This document shows, in pieces, positions 1 to 12,130 of a stretch of 64,000 nucleotides of DNA (position 1 is its first letter; the number at the start of each line of letters is the position of its first letter). The stretch lies in NCBI GenBank assembly GCA_965153285.1, contig OZ229110.1. The stretch is one strand, 5' to 3'. Origin of the DNA: Podarcis tiliguerta. Its lineage: Eukaryota. A program made the position numbers and the translations under genes. The notes below the pieces were generated by a model that saw only the letters and a program-made list of their open reading frames with translations, was not told where the DNA came from and did not search any database.

Positions 1-104
1 ATCTTTACAAACTAAAACAAAAATGCTTTCTGCCGTTAATGTACATAATGACATGCTCCCATGAAATAGTAAGAATATTAGCAAAAACAATGAAGAATCT
101 TAGG

Positions 105-300
105 GCACCTTACAGACTAACAAATTTATTATGGTATAAGCTTTTGCACGTAGGCTACAGTCCACTTTGTCAGATGCAGGAAATGATGGTCCAGACTTGC
201 AGGAAAATATATTAATGACTTTGAAGTGTGTGTGTGTTGGGGGTGGGGGGGAGAGAATTGAATATAGTGAGATCAGATGGAAATGATAAGCAGGTAAGTA
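105..300 (-). mobile_element. Degenerate Penelope-like element fragment with a decayed hammerhead motif
   Basis: Resembles the Penelope end at 33430-33620. The minus strand reads CTGACAA...CAAAAGCTTATACC, a mutated CTGANGA...GAAAGCT core. Ends approximate. Confidence 0.5.
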
Positions 301-777
301 CAGAGAGTGGTAATTAGCTTATTAACAGTGACGATTCACAGATATGTTTCCATTACTTTAAATAGGAAAATTTTCACTGTCTACTTGCATGCCATTTCCT
401 TCTGACCATACTATTTATAACTCCCCTCCCTCCGGCCATCAACCATGTATGCAGGTTTCTGCAACTTGCTCGACAGGCAATGTGGCAAACTGTTCCTGGA
501 TGGGGAAACCCAGACAGGTGGGCAGGATATAAATAATAAAATTATTATTACCACTTAGGTGTGCAAGTCAACTCCAAAACAGAAAGCAAAGTAACTGATC
601 CACCTATAGTACTTTCCTGTGGGTGGTTCCCCACTTCCCCATCGCCTGTTTTGGGAGCATACGAACATGCCATCTCCCCGCCTGCAAACTGCCAAGCAGG
701 AGGGTCGCGCCGTCGTTTCCCCGAATCGCCCGCCACTCGGACCCCGGCGCCACATCCTCCCTCCGTTCCGGCCTCAC

Positions 778-1266
778 CTTGAGGATGACGCCCAGGTCCC
801 GCACGGGCTGCTCGTTGAGCCGGAGGCGGCCCGCTTGGGCCGCGGCCCGGTAGTACTCGAGGGGCTGGGCGCGGAACTCGGTGCCGAAGACGTGCAGGAG
901 GCTCTCGCCCACCCAGCGGCCCTTGCAGTAGGTCTGGAAGTCGAAGTAGTAGGGTCGCACTTTGCGGAGGCCGCCCTCGAAGTAGTAGCTGGTCTCGGCG
1001 AAGTGGCTCTGGCCGAAGCTGACGCCGGGGTTGCGCTTCTTGGGAGGCGGCACGTAGCGCTTCTCGCCTTCCTCGGCCGGCCCGGCCCGCTTCCCTTTCG
1101 CCTTCCCCTTCCCGGTCCACAGCCGGAGCCTCTTCACGGGCGGAGGGGAGCTCCCCTGCTCGCCGCCCGCCTGGCTCTCCGCCATGCTTCTGCCGGGCAA
1201 GAGCGAGGCCGCGGCGGCTAAGAGTGACCGCGAGCACAGCTCCGAGCGCAGAACAGTCAGCCGCAT
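778..1266 (-). CDS. RPUSD2: RNA pseudouridine synthase domain-containing 2, coding exon 1 (gene continues off the left edge)
   Basis: Peptide YVPPPKKRNPGVSFGQSHFAETSYYFEGGLRKVRPYYFDFQTYCKGRWVGESLLHVF is typical RPUSD2. ATG at 1266; phase-0 donor AAG|GTGAGG at 778/777; lies in a CpG island. Confidence 0.93.
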
Positions 1267-1470
1267 GATCCGCGCGTCGCGGCGACACGGCTCCTCGGCG
1301 CTGCCCGGTGACGCCTCGCCACCTAAACCAATCGAGCTCGCTCCCGGTGACGGATAAGTCGCGCGACAAGACAGGACCTGACAAGAGACTGCTCAGTCTG
1401 CCAGAAGTTCGCTTATATGTAAAGCAAGCCCTTCAGGGGAAACGGCTCCGATAAGCTTACGCGGACATTA
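1267..1470 (-). promoter_or_regulatory. CpG-island promoter of RPUSD2
   Basis: CpG-rich, immediately upstream of the ATG; CCAAT at ~1328 and palindrome GTCGCGCGAC at 1358-1367. Confidence 0.65.
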
Positions 1471-1709
1471 TAGCCAGCTAGCTCCATTTTTAAAAAATTA
1501 AATTTTATTAAATACAAAATAAAGAATATCAAATAAGAATGAACACATGAACATAATTATTTATACATCTGTAAAGCAATATTCAAAAAGAAGGGGGAAA
1601 AAGAGAATAAAAGAAGAAAGAAAAGTTAAAAATAAACAGAAGAGTGTTCACCATAAACAACAATTTCAGATCTATACTTGCATACAATTTTATGCTCCAT
1701 TTTATTTTG

Positions 1710-2380
1710 CGCATCCACACTGGGACATTTGCAGGGAAACCAAAATGCTGGTTTGCAAAGCTATTGTACTACCATCTTTATTGTATGCTTGTGAAACATG
1801 GACCACTTAAAAACGCCATCAGAATCACTGGGGACTACATCACGTGGGAAGACAGGCAAACTAATGCCAGTGTACTGGAAGAAGCAAAGATCACCAGTAT
1901 TGAAGCAATGGTTTTAACACATCAACTTCATTGGACTGGTCATGTTGTGCAGATGCCTGATTATTGTCTTCCAAAGCAACTACTCTATTCTGAACTTTAA
2001 AATGAAAAGCGTAATGCTGGTAGTCAACAAGAGAGGTTTAAAGACTCTCTCAAGGCAAAGCTAAAAAGATGTAGTATAAACACTGACAACTGGGAAACAC
2101 TTGCCTGCGAGTGCTCCAGTTGGAGAACAGCCTTTATGAAAGGTGTCATGGACTTTGAAGACGCTTGAACTCAGGATGAAAGGGAGAAACGTGCTAAGAA
2201 GAAGGCATGTTTGGCAAACTCTCACCGTGATCAATTTCCACCTGGAAACCTATGTCTGACACTGTGGAAGGACTTGTGGATCCAGAATTGGTCTCCAAAG
2301 TCATTTATGGACTCACTGTTAAGACCATGTTCATGGAAGACAATCTTACTGGGCTATGAGTGATTGCCAAAGAAGAAGAG
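1710..2380 (+). mobile_element. RTE-clade LINE 3' fragment (non-BovB), decayed
   Basis: Translates to RDICRETKMLVCKAIVLPSLLYACETWT / QLHWTGHVVQMPDYCLPKQLLYSEL (RTE C-terminus); in-frame stops; GAA-rich tail; paralogous to 44400-45310. Confidence 0.85.
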
Positions 2381-3250
2381 GAAATACACACACACACCAT
2401 TCTGTATTGAGTCATACATTTCTGGCACAGCACAAGATGCTGAAACGCTGCCCACTGCTATCCAGTATTAAATAGCAAGAAGATCCAACCTTACAGATGA
2501 CAATATGTACAAGCTGCAGGGCGATGGTATTAGCTTGGTGGGTAGCAGTATTCCCTCCTCCATGAGTAGAGACAGTACACCTTCAAATACCAAATGGTAA
2601 GAACAAACAGGTATCCCGACTTACATGTGAGATTTTAAACAGATGGGTGGCTACTGATGAAAACAGATGCTTGAGGAGAGTCCTCATCCAGCAGGACAAA
2701 TTGTATTATAAGTGTAATAGTAAAAACAAAGAAGAAAAGCAAGATCCAAGTTCATTAGTTTATTAGATTGAGATGTTACAATTGCGGGCTATTTTCAGTT
2801 ATGTCCTTTTTCAGAAGTAGAAGACCAATTAAATTATTCTCCCAACAGCAGACAGCCACATAAGCATTGCTTCCTTGCATAATAAAAAGGCATATTGTGC
2901 ACAAACACCCACCTCAACTTTTTCTTTTGCTTCTGCATGCAGGATTTTTTTTTTGTATCCTATGAAACAGCTGGACTGATGCTAGTTATCAATCTTGAGC
3001 CTATCACTCTTTGCTTTGCCTTCCAATTCCAAGAGCTCTTGGAGTTAACAGAGAATGAATCTGTTTGCCTGGTGGAAGGACTGATCCTAGCTTCCCTCAC
3101 ATTACAAGAGTTGTTATCTTTAATAGTATTAAAGAAGTCCATTTAAGGAGCAGAGCCTTATGCATTTATCTGCACAGCATAAGAATGCCTATTCTTTCCA
3201 AACACAGTTCACAGGTTTTCCAAAGATCCTTTAAAAGTGATTTAAGATCT

Positions 3251-3263
3251 TTAAAGTTCACCC
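3251..3263 (-). CDS. PCMT-like terminal coding exon ((R)GEL-stop)
   Basis: Acceptor tctttttctttag|G GGT GAA CTT TAA completes CG+G = R. Same position and phase as the PCMT1 RDEL exon. Candidate AATAAA (minus) at 2759-2764. Confidence 0.75.
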
Positions 3264-4859
3264 CTAAAGAAAAAGAGACAATTGACAATTAATATAAACA
3301 TACATGAATATATTTTCACAAAAATCAAGTGTTCGCACTTAGCTGGAGAGATGAAAATATTGCCCAAAGTGAAATGGTATTCCTTGCCTTCAGTTTTCTC
3401 AAAGATAATATATACAGCTAAGCGGTAGAGACCATAATATAAGCAGTTAATGAAATCACAGATAAAAAGGGAAATGCCATTAGGTTAACATGCAAATATC
3501 TATGATGATTTGATCACACCAAGAAAATGATGGCTCTGCAATTCATTTGATTCAGGAGTTTTACTCTTCATTTACAAAAATAAGACCTTAATGTTGGGAA
3601 GTGACATGAATATTGGGAAAGGGCAATGTAGATTTTCTAAACTTCAGATATAAAAACATTTTTTTACATATAGAAGCGGGAATAAATAGCCATTTGTGGG
3701 TGTTGTCTCTGCATGCAAGCAAAGCCTCCACACAGGGAAGGATCATGCCAATAGCATCATTTGTATTAAATGCCCCCAGCAGATGCTGGATCTTCTTGGG
3801 CCAAATATTATGGACCTGTTTCAAAGTTTTGACCTTCAAAATTGATGTTTGTGGGCCTTTTAAATATACATTCTGACTGATTTTTTAAACATAGATTCTA
3901 CCTATTCATCTGTGTTTACAAGAGGCAATAGAGTTTTCCTTATCCCATGTATCACGAGGCACAGTACAATCACTACTTGGTCTTATATTTTCCCTGTGAA
4001 CAAGGACTAATGGATAAACTGGCTTTCTCTTGCCCAATAACAGTTTAGCTATAATAACCTGGTTTGAAAACTCAGCTCTTGGCTTGCCATTGTTCAGTGT
4101 CCTGTCCTCACCACTTCATTGACGTTTACATCCTGCTTTAATTAAACCGCAATTAGCCATTATGTCTGACTGCAGTTGAATATCATTTTTTAAACGCTCA
4201 GTCTAACCTGCCTCACAGGGTTGCTATGGAGATTAGATTAAAGACCACCTTGAGCTCCTTGAAGAAAAAGGTGGGTGGTAAATGCAATAAACAAACAAAC
4301 AAATCCACAAAAAAAGAGCCTGCTGGATCAGGTCAGTGGTCCATCTAGTCTGGAATCATGTTCTCACAACCGGATGCCTGTGAGAAGACTACAATCTTAC
4401 TGAAAAATAAGCTTAACTTTGTTCAATTGGGCTTTCTTGCAAAAGTGCCTGGAATCCCAGCGTTACATAGCCTTAAAAAGAACATTAAGTTACCTCTGTA
4501 TTGGGGTGGGGAAACTTTTTGGTTTGACTGATGGTTCTGATCTGGAAAAAATGGACTTATGAGACAAATGGACCCAGGCCAGGCCACATTTGGTCCATGG
4601 GACCTGTACGTTTCCCAAGACATTTACTCTCTGTTTTAAGAGAATACACAGTTTTTAAAAAATGGTTTCACTACGAAGTTGCTCATAGCATATTAGTATC
4701 TTTGCCTAATAAAACACACCCTGTGATAGGGATTCTCTTTTTAGTAGTGTTGTAACTGTGGGGATTCTCTTTTTAGTAGTGCTGTAACTGTGGGGAAAGT
4801 GAGCTTTTATCCAGCAATGCCTTGGAACACAAGAGGGTAGGAGCTTATTAATAATTTAC

Positions 4860-5029
4860 CGAGGCCACTGTTTCTCTTTGTCTGTCAGAGGGACATATAT
4901 CACACCCATCAGCTGCTTTTCCACAATCTGCCCGTCTTTGGTTTTGTCATACTGCATCAAAACCTGGTTTCCACCCTCTGGCCCTACGGGCAGAATTAGT
5001 CGTCCTCCAGGTTTCAGCTCATTCAGCAA
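4860..5029 (-). CDS. PCMT-like coding exon 7 (170 nt)
   Basis: [57 protein letters not shown]; AG acceptor; donor CG|GTAAAT (read-through gives TAA at 4858-4856). Confidence 0.93.
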
Positions 5030-5511
5030 CTAGTAGTAAGAATCAATAAGAGCAATAAGGCAAAACAGAAACAAAATGGAGAAATTCAGTTTCCACGTAC
5101 ACACAAAAGGGAAGAAAGACAAACTGAACACTGTTCTCTGGCTCTTGAAGTAGTCCATGAAAAGCGGCCATTTCCAAAATAAAAATTAAAAATGGCAACA
5201 CATTTGCTACTCACTTATACCTAAACACTCTCTGTGTGATGCTTGGCCTGCTGAGAAATGCCAAGAGTGAACCATTTTTCTTACACCTCATGTCAATAGA
5301 AACGTGGTCAAATCTCCAGGCCATCAGAGATTTCAGAACGTAAAACATTGTCTCTGTTCTATTCAATTTTAGTTCTCTTTCCTTATGATAACAGCTGAAA
5401 CATATTGTTACACTTTTTTCACAACTGTCTTCTAGACTTAGTAAATTAACCGCTTCAAAAAGGTTCCAAGCCAGAGCTGAGAGGAAAGAGACAGGCAACT
5501 TTCTCTCTTAC

Positions 5512-5597
5512 CTCCTTTGGCACTGTGGGTGCAGCTGCTCCAACGTGGATGGCATCGTAAGGGGCTTCTTCAGGGTACCCCTTTCTGCCATCCCCAA
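5512..5597 (-). CDS. PCMT-like coding exon 6 (86 nt)
   Basis: [29 protein letters not shown] (PIMT motif); cag|...|GTAAGA splice sites. Confidence 0.93.
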
Positions 5598-5839
5598 CTG
5601 TGGAGAGAGAAAGAGAATGTGCAGTGAAGGTTCTTGTTCAGATGGCAGCTTCTCCTATACACTTCTCCTTTGCCTTTCCTTTCACTTGGCATCTGCGTGC
5701 AAGGAAGACTTGTATGCAGATTATGTTGGCACTGGGGGTATCAAAATGAAGTATAATAACCATAGCGAGAGACCTAAAAAAGAGAACTGTGCTCTTTGAT
5801 ATTACCAAGGTTAGGTGGAATTGGGAAAACAGAGCTAAA

Positions 5840-6190
5840 GAGACGTGGGTGGCGCTGTGGTCTAAACCACTGAGCCTCTTGGGCTTGCCAATCAGAAGGT
5901 TGGTGGTTCGAATCCATGTGACGTTGGTGAGGTTCCATTGCTCTGTCCCAGCTTCTGCCAACCTAGCACACCAGTGCAAGTAGATAAATAGGTACCACTA
6001 AGGCAAGAAGGTAAATGGCATTTCCATGCACTCTGGCACCCGTCACGGTTTCCCATTGTGCCAGAAGTGGTTTAGTCATGCTGACCACATGACCTGGAAA
6101 AGCTAGCTATGGACAAATACTGGCTCCTGCACCGCAACCCCATAGTAGCCTTTGACTGGACTTAACCGTCCAGGGGTCCTTTACCATTAC
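5840..6190 (+). mobile_element. Sauria SINE (Squam1)
   Basis: tRNA-like head (TGGCGCTGTGG A box, GGTTCGAATCC B box), body AGTAGATAAATAGGTACC, CCTTTACC tail. Confidence 0.85.
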
Positions 6191-6588
6191 TTTTTAGATG
6201 CTCAGAAATCATTACTCTCGCTTCCCCCAACCTGTTGCTCTCCAGATGTTTCAGACCATAATCCTCGCTATCCCTGACCAATGGTCGTGGGACCGGGACC
6301 AATGGGAGTTGTAGTCTGGAGGGCTTCAGGCTGGGAAGACTGCATTACTAAAATATACTTCTACATTGCAATCCTGTGTGTGGTTACTTGGAAGTAAGAA
6401 TTGCGCTCAATAGTGCTTATTCCCATGTAAGTGTGCTTAAGACTGCAAGCTCGGAAAACTAGCTCTAAATGTGCAATCCTCTGCAGTAGCTTGTTCATTT
6501 ATTTTCATGAAACAAATCTTAGGGTTATTGCTAGGCTGAAACCGTTCCTGCTAAGTAAAGTTTTCACAAGTGTGAAGGGGTTCTAGCT

Positions 6589-6958
6589 TTGTTGTTGTTG
6601 TTTAGTCGTGTCCGACTCTTCGTGACCCCATGGACAGAGCACGCCAGGCACTTCTGTCTTCCACTGCCTCCTGCAGTTTGATCAAACTCATGCTGGTAGC
6701 TTCGAGAACACTATCCAACCATCTCGTCCTCTGTTGTCCTCTTCTCCTTGTGCCCTCCATCTTTCCCAACATCAGGGTCTTTTCCAGGGAGTCTTCTCTT
6801 CTCATGAGGTGGCCAAAGAATTGGAGCCTCAGCTTCACGATCTGTCCTTCCAGTGAGCACTCAGGGCTGATTTCCTTAAGAATGGATAGGTTTGTTCTTC
6901 TTGCAGTCCATGGGACTCTCAAGAGTCTCCTCCAGCACCATAATTCAAAAGCATCAAA
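6589..6958 (-). mobile_element. BovB LINE 3' fragment
   Basis: DAFELWCWRRLLRVPWTARRTNLSILKEISPECSLEG...; (CAA)n tail; closely similar to the 3' end of 27704-30075. Confidence 0.92.
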
Positions 6959-6982
6959 TTTGCAAAGGATACCGATGCTCAC

Positions 6983-7103
6983 CTAGAAGTTTCACTCGGC
7001 CAGAACTCAACAAAGAGGGATCATCTTCTCTGAGGTTTTTGATGGACTCATGAACCAGCTGTTCAATGTGTTCGATTCCCACTGCCTTCCCTGTGGGACC
7101 CAC
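6983..7103 (-). CDS. PCMT-like coding exon 5 (121 nt)
   Basis: [40 protein letters not shown]; cag|...G|GTGAGC. Confidence 0.93.
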
Positions 7104-7788
7104 CTGTCAAGAGATGTCACATGTGCTTCAAATCTGTGTTACTACTACAAACAAAATTATCTGAGAGAGCAGAGAGGTTCCCTTTTTTGCAATGCCTGAT
7201 AATTTTTATCCAATCATTTCTCCATCCAGTTTTAGAATGACAGAAGGATAGTTCCAATGACTGGTTACCTTGAAAATGAACGGTCCCTTTGCAGTTATTC
7301 CTACAATTTTACCTGTCCCGCGTTCCACATGATCATTAAATATACTAATTGGGCAATTCCAATGGAGGAAAATCTCATAGTACAATTGTATGCGTGCCTG
7401 CTCAGAACTACCGTAAGTCATGTTGAATTAATGAGACATACTCCCAAGTAGCTGTGTATAGGACTGCAGCCTCATTCTATCCCCCCCCCCCTAGTGCTAG
7501 GCAATTTACTTGGCAGGACAGTGGAGGAATAGTTTCAGAATTCTATATGTAGAGAGGTGTTTCTTGTTGCTTTTGTTAAAATTGTGTTAAAACTAAAATT
7601 CACTTTAGCAGACCCCTTGCAACTTATCCAAATTCAATCATTTTCAGCAGTCAAATCCTGCTCTACAGAGAAGCAACACCAAACATATGCATAAGATCAT
7701 CTGTTCTTTAAGAAGGTAAGCTTTACAAGTAGACGTTTTTAGCCAAACAGAAAAAAACGGATTTCCTCTCAATTTCCATTCTGCTTAC

Positions 7789-7893
7789 CATCCTTGCAAA
7801 GCAAGCTGTGAGGTATCCACTTCCTGATCCGACATCTAATGCCTTTGCTCCTTCCACTAGCTGGTCCTTCAGTAACTCAAGCGCATGAGCATG
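7789..7893 (-). CDS. PCMT-like coding exon 4 (105 nt; SAM-binding motif I)
   Basis: [35 protein letters not shown]; canonical AG/GT sites. Confidence 0.95.
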
Positions 7894-8192
7894 CTGTGGG
7901 AGAAAGCAACTATATTTCACTCTTCCCACACCGGCATCTTTCACAATCCCCTTGCCAAAAGGCAACAAGAAGCAGGATGGTTAAGATACACAGTCTTACT
8001 AAAGATTTTGAGGTTGCTTCTGCTAAGTTGACGCCCACAGATATTTCAGCTGAGGAATTTCTCCGAGGCATGTTAAAGTTTGCAATAGAGGCACACACAG
8101 GGTGTGGAGAAGAAACGACTAGACTGCCTGCTCCCAAGGAGCCTCGATGATATGCAAGGGGTGGGGTGAGACTGAGAGGGCCTGCAATTTTC

Positions 8193-8209
8193 CAGCGCCT
8201 CCTGGTGGC
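8193..8209 (-). promoter_or_regulatory. Candidate CTCF site
   Basis: Minus strand GCCACCAGGAGGCGCTG is one base off the CTCF core CCACCAGGGGGCGC. Confidence 0.5.
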
Positions 8210-8625
8210 TTCAAAGCCTCAGTAGCAGTCATGGAAAGGGAGGGGAAGGGCCTGAGACTGAAGAAGGCAGATGCTGTCTCTTGAGACAGGATAAAGGAGG
8301 TGATGTCAAGCGGTAGGCCAAGATACCTACTTCTGGCCCATGATGAGCAGGGCATTTCTGACCTGATAGCCAGCCAGCAGCGAGTGCAACCTGTATTCCT
8401 GAATGAAGCAAGGAACAGCTGTCCTAAGCTCTGAGGGGTTTGGGACCACCCCAAAACCGGTGGGCTTGTTTACACGCATTTCCAGCACACAGGATTGGCC
8501 AGATGAACCAATGAATTGACTCGGCATAAGGCAGCTGCGATGGTTCATGGCCTTTGTGCTTCCTCAACCACTGAATGCTATCAATGCATATACTGTATAT
8601 TATTGGATGTAAAAGTATGTCTTAC

Positions 8626-8657
8626 CATGTGAGGAGCACTGATGGTTGCCTTGTACC
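8626..8657 (-). CDS. PCMT-like coding exon 3 (32 nt)
   Basis: (G)YKATISAPHM, the PIMT TISAPH motif; ttcag|...ATG|GTAAGA. Confidence 0.93.
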
Positions 8658-8904
8658 CTGAAAGAAAGCTGTGGATAAGTTTGCTTTTCATGTTATAACT
8701 ACAACAATTGGAGCACTTTCTAGCGATTTGTACGTTTCTCACCACAAATCCGCCCTTTCGGTTTTCCTAGACAACTCAAAGACCTAAGGATTTCCAGCTT
8801 TCAGTTTGACATACTATCTGTAGAATATTTTGTCCACTTTGCTAGTTTTCAGAGCTTACTTTTGCAGCCCATAAACAAAGGACAACTCTCAGTCTTACAG
8901 AATT

Positions 8905-9600
8905 AAGACTTCAAATGATCTTGGGCTGCTAGAACGCTGGGCTGAAACTAACACGATGGAATTTGACAGAGATAAAGGCAAAGTCCTGCATTTAGGTGCA
9001 AAACACACAAAAGAAGGTGCAAGGATAGAGTGGAGGAGACCTGGCTTGGCACAAGCTGAATGAGTTAGTAGTGTGATGCAGCTGCTAAAAAGCCAATGCC
9101 TGAACAGTAGCCATAGTGTCCTGATGAGAAGAAATAATGGTTTCACTTGCTTTCTAGACTGGCCAGGCTGCATCTGAGGTAGAGTCCTGTTCTGGATGCC
9201 ACATTTTAAGGAAGACATTGAGAAACTAGGGGGGTGTCCAGAGCAGGGTGACCAGGATCATTAAGAGATCTGGAAACTATGCCCTATGAAGAATGCTTGA
9301 AAGAGCTGAGTACGTTTAGCCTAGAGAAGATTAAGTGGAGACCTGACAGCCACCTTCAGATATCTGAAGGGCCGTCATGTAGAAGGAGTAGATTTGTTCA
9401 CAGGGATTTGCTCCAGAGAACAGGACTAGAATCAGCAAGTGGAAGTGGCAGGGAAGCAGATGCTGGGAAGGGGTTAGGAAAGCTTCTTAATGGCCCAAGG
9501 GTAGAACAGTCCTGCCTTGGGAGGTGGTGAGCTGGAGATATCTAAGCAGAAGCGGGCTAGATGAATTCTGAGATCCCTCCCAACTTTAGATTCTAGGATT
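8905..9600 (+). mobile_element. CR1 LINE 3' fragment, decayed
   Basis: CR1 ORF2 C-terminal remnants (YEECLKELSTFSLEK) and a GATTCT-type tail. Confidence 0.75.
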
Positions 9601-9680
9601 TGGAGAGTTCCCAAAAGACAATGCTATGGACAATACGGTCTCTAAAATATGCAGTATTTCCTTTAACTGACATTTCTTAC

Positions 9681-9785
9681 CAATTGACTGAGGAGAGTCC
9701 ATATATGGAAAATACTTGATATAGTGGGATCTGTCTGTTGCCAACAACACTTTAAGGACTTGCTGAGACTTAATCACACCATTTT
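9681..9785 (-). CDS. PCMT-like coding exon 2 (105 nt)
   Basis: (K)[34 protein letters not shown](G); tag|...G|GTAAGA. Confidence 0.93.
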
Positions 9786-9941
9786 CTACAGAAAAACACG
9801 AGAGAGGATAATAAGGCTGACAGCAGCATACTTTTTATTACTACTTATATTTAGTATCACTTTTATGTTGTTTGATACTGAATTTTACTGCACTGTGGTC
9901 CAAAGACAGGTATACATTTACACTGATTTTTTTTAAAAAAA

Positions 9942-10536
9942 TTATTTATTTATTGCATTTCTATCCCACTTTTTTCTCCAAGGAGCTCAAGGTGGCATAC
10001 ATGGGTCTCCCTCTCCTCATTTAATCCCCACAACAGCACTGTGAGGTAGGTTAGGCTGAGACAGTGACTAGCCTAAGGTCACCCAGTGAGCTTCATGGCC
10101 AAGTGGGGATTTGAACCCTGGTCTCCCAGGTCCAAGGGATGCAGGTGGCGCTGTGGGTTAAACCACAGAGCCTAGGACTTGCCGATCAGAAGGTCGGCAG
10201 TTCGAATCCCCGCAAGGGGGTGAGCTCCCGTTGTTCGGTCCCTGCTCCTGCCAACCTAGCAGTTCAAAAGCACGTCAAAGTGCAAGTAGATAAATAGGAA
10301 CCGCTCCGGCGGGAAGGTAAACGGCGTTTCCATGCGCTGCTCTGGTTCGCCAGAAGCGGCTTAGTCATGCTGGCCACATGACCCGGAAGCTGTACGCCAG
10401 CTCCCTCAGCCAATAAAGTGAGATGAGCGCCGCAAACCCAGAGTCATTCACGACTAGACCTAATGGTCAGGGGTCCCTTTACCTTTACTCCCAGGTCCTA
10501 GTCCAACACTCTAACCACCACACCACACAGGCTCTC
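9942..10536 (-). mobile_element. CORE/MIR-like SINE (Squam3 type) interrupted by a Sauria SINE
   Basis: CORE-like segment GTGAGGTAGG...CCTAAGGTCACCCAG, tRNA-derived head and (TTTA)n tail; the two halves rejoin across 10136-10487. Confidence 0.7.
10136..10487 (+). mobile_element. Full-length Sauria SINE with TSD
   Basis: A/B boxes and ACCTTT tail; flanked by CTCCCAGGTCC(A/T)A duplication. Confidence 0.92.
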
Positions 10537-12130
10537 ATTGTATCCACTATCTATCCATACACATGCATGCAACACACCAGGGAGAGGGATAGGGGGTTAT
10601 TGCTCTAGACTCCAAATTCAGCAAATAAACGTTTGATGCTGAAACCCAACCACATTGCTCAGCTCCAGTTCATGCAAATAAGTCCACATATGCAGACCAC
10701 CCTGCTACTGCCTGTGAAAAGCTGGTACAGGTTTGCAATCCTAACCCTCTGGTGTTAAGAGGTGGGCAGTTTAGGATGCATCACGTCTTTGCTTGCGGTG
10801 TGGCTCCATTACATAACAAGCCCAAGCTCCACCCGAGATGGTGGGACACTACTGCCAGTGGGTCTCCTGCCAGAGGCAGCCAGTAGAAACGCCCCCCCCC
10901 CCCCCCGCAAATAAGGGCATTATAGGAGTAAGGCAACAGAGGTTTCAGACCCAAAGCCCACAAATTCCCCAAGGGGCCCAAGGAACTGGCGCAGCACCAA
11001 TGGACCACCCTCCCTACCTTCCATCCTAAGCAGCAATAGCAAGCTGGGATTTGGATGCAGGGGAGGTTCTGCTCGTCCTTGGCCCCGATTATAATTGGTC
11101 CCTCTGTTCCCATGAGCCGCAAAATAGAAATCAGCTCATCTAGACAATTTGGGAACAGGCTCACATTCAGGTCTCTGGCTACACTTCATGTAAAGTAAGA
11201 GAAAAAGCAATTGCTCTCATTAGCTTTGTGTAAAAAGAAACCCTGACCAGTCCTGTTCCATATGAGGGCTTTACCGAAAAATACCAAACACAAAGAGATC
11301 TGTTCTCAGAGACAGTGCTTTAAGCTGGGTTTGACGTTCAATAAAACAGCTTGGGAAAGTGTGACTGGGGAAATGAACTTAAGATTTCACCTCTAGAACT
11401 CGACAGATTATGCTGTGCTCTCTTAGGATGTCATTTACACATTATCATCCATTCCACAGAAAAGATCCACACAATTGGCCTAACACTGCAGCTGTGCCCT
11501 GGGTGAGCCCAAGGAAAAACAGGTGCAATGGCAGGGCTGTAACTTGCAAAATATACTCATTTTCTTTTTTAAAAAATAAACAACCGTTGGATGGACAAAT
11601 ACAGAAAGGTTCCCAGTTAATTGTTTTGCTTTTTTATGGCCATCATAGCCACTGGCAGATTGACTCTCCTGGTTTCTGTACTGTCTGAGTAAGCTCCCAT
11701 CTAAGACAGGCAGCCTGAGGAGGACGACAATTATGGATTATTGCATTCCCAAAGAAACTCATTAGAAGAAATGGCTACCTGCCTCAGCTGTAGGGGAGCT
11801 GAGCCTCTGCATGCTCTGAATAACCTTTCTTAAATTAGATGCTTAGGATGGATTTCTCTATTGCATCATTTGTGGCTGCTTGTATAGCTGAATACATAGG
11901 CAGAGCAGGCAGACACGAGCCCAGAATCTTAAAGCTCATATGCAGGTAGAATTTTAAAACAGGTTTTCACACTGACATCCACTCCATGAAATAGGTGTCA
12001 AGTCAACAATGCTAAAAATAAGTGAGGATTTTGGACAGTATCCAAACATTTCATCAGCTGTTTTAGAGGTGAGCCCTGAACGTCAGGCTGCTGCTGGTCC
12101 TTGGTTCTGTTTGCTCTGTATTGTACTTAC

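Noticed and set aside
548-1384. Long overlapping ORFs (278 aa minus, 200 aa plus) over RPUSD2 exon 1
   Set aside because: Alternative-frame and antisense artefacts of a GC-rich island; only the 1266-778 frame matches a known protein.
6602-6982. BovB ORF starting right at the PCMT-like exon 5 donor, suggesting a fusion
   Set aside because: The exon ends in phase 1, so read-through is out of frame with the BovB ORF; it is just an intronic insertion about 24 bp from the donor.
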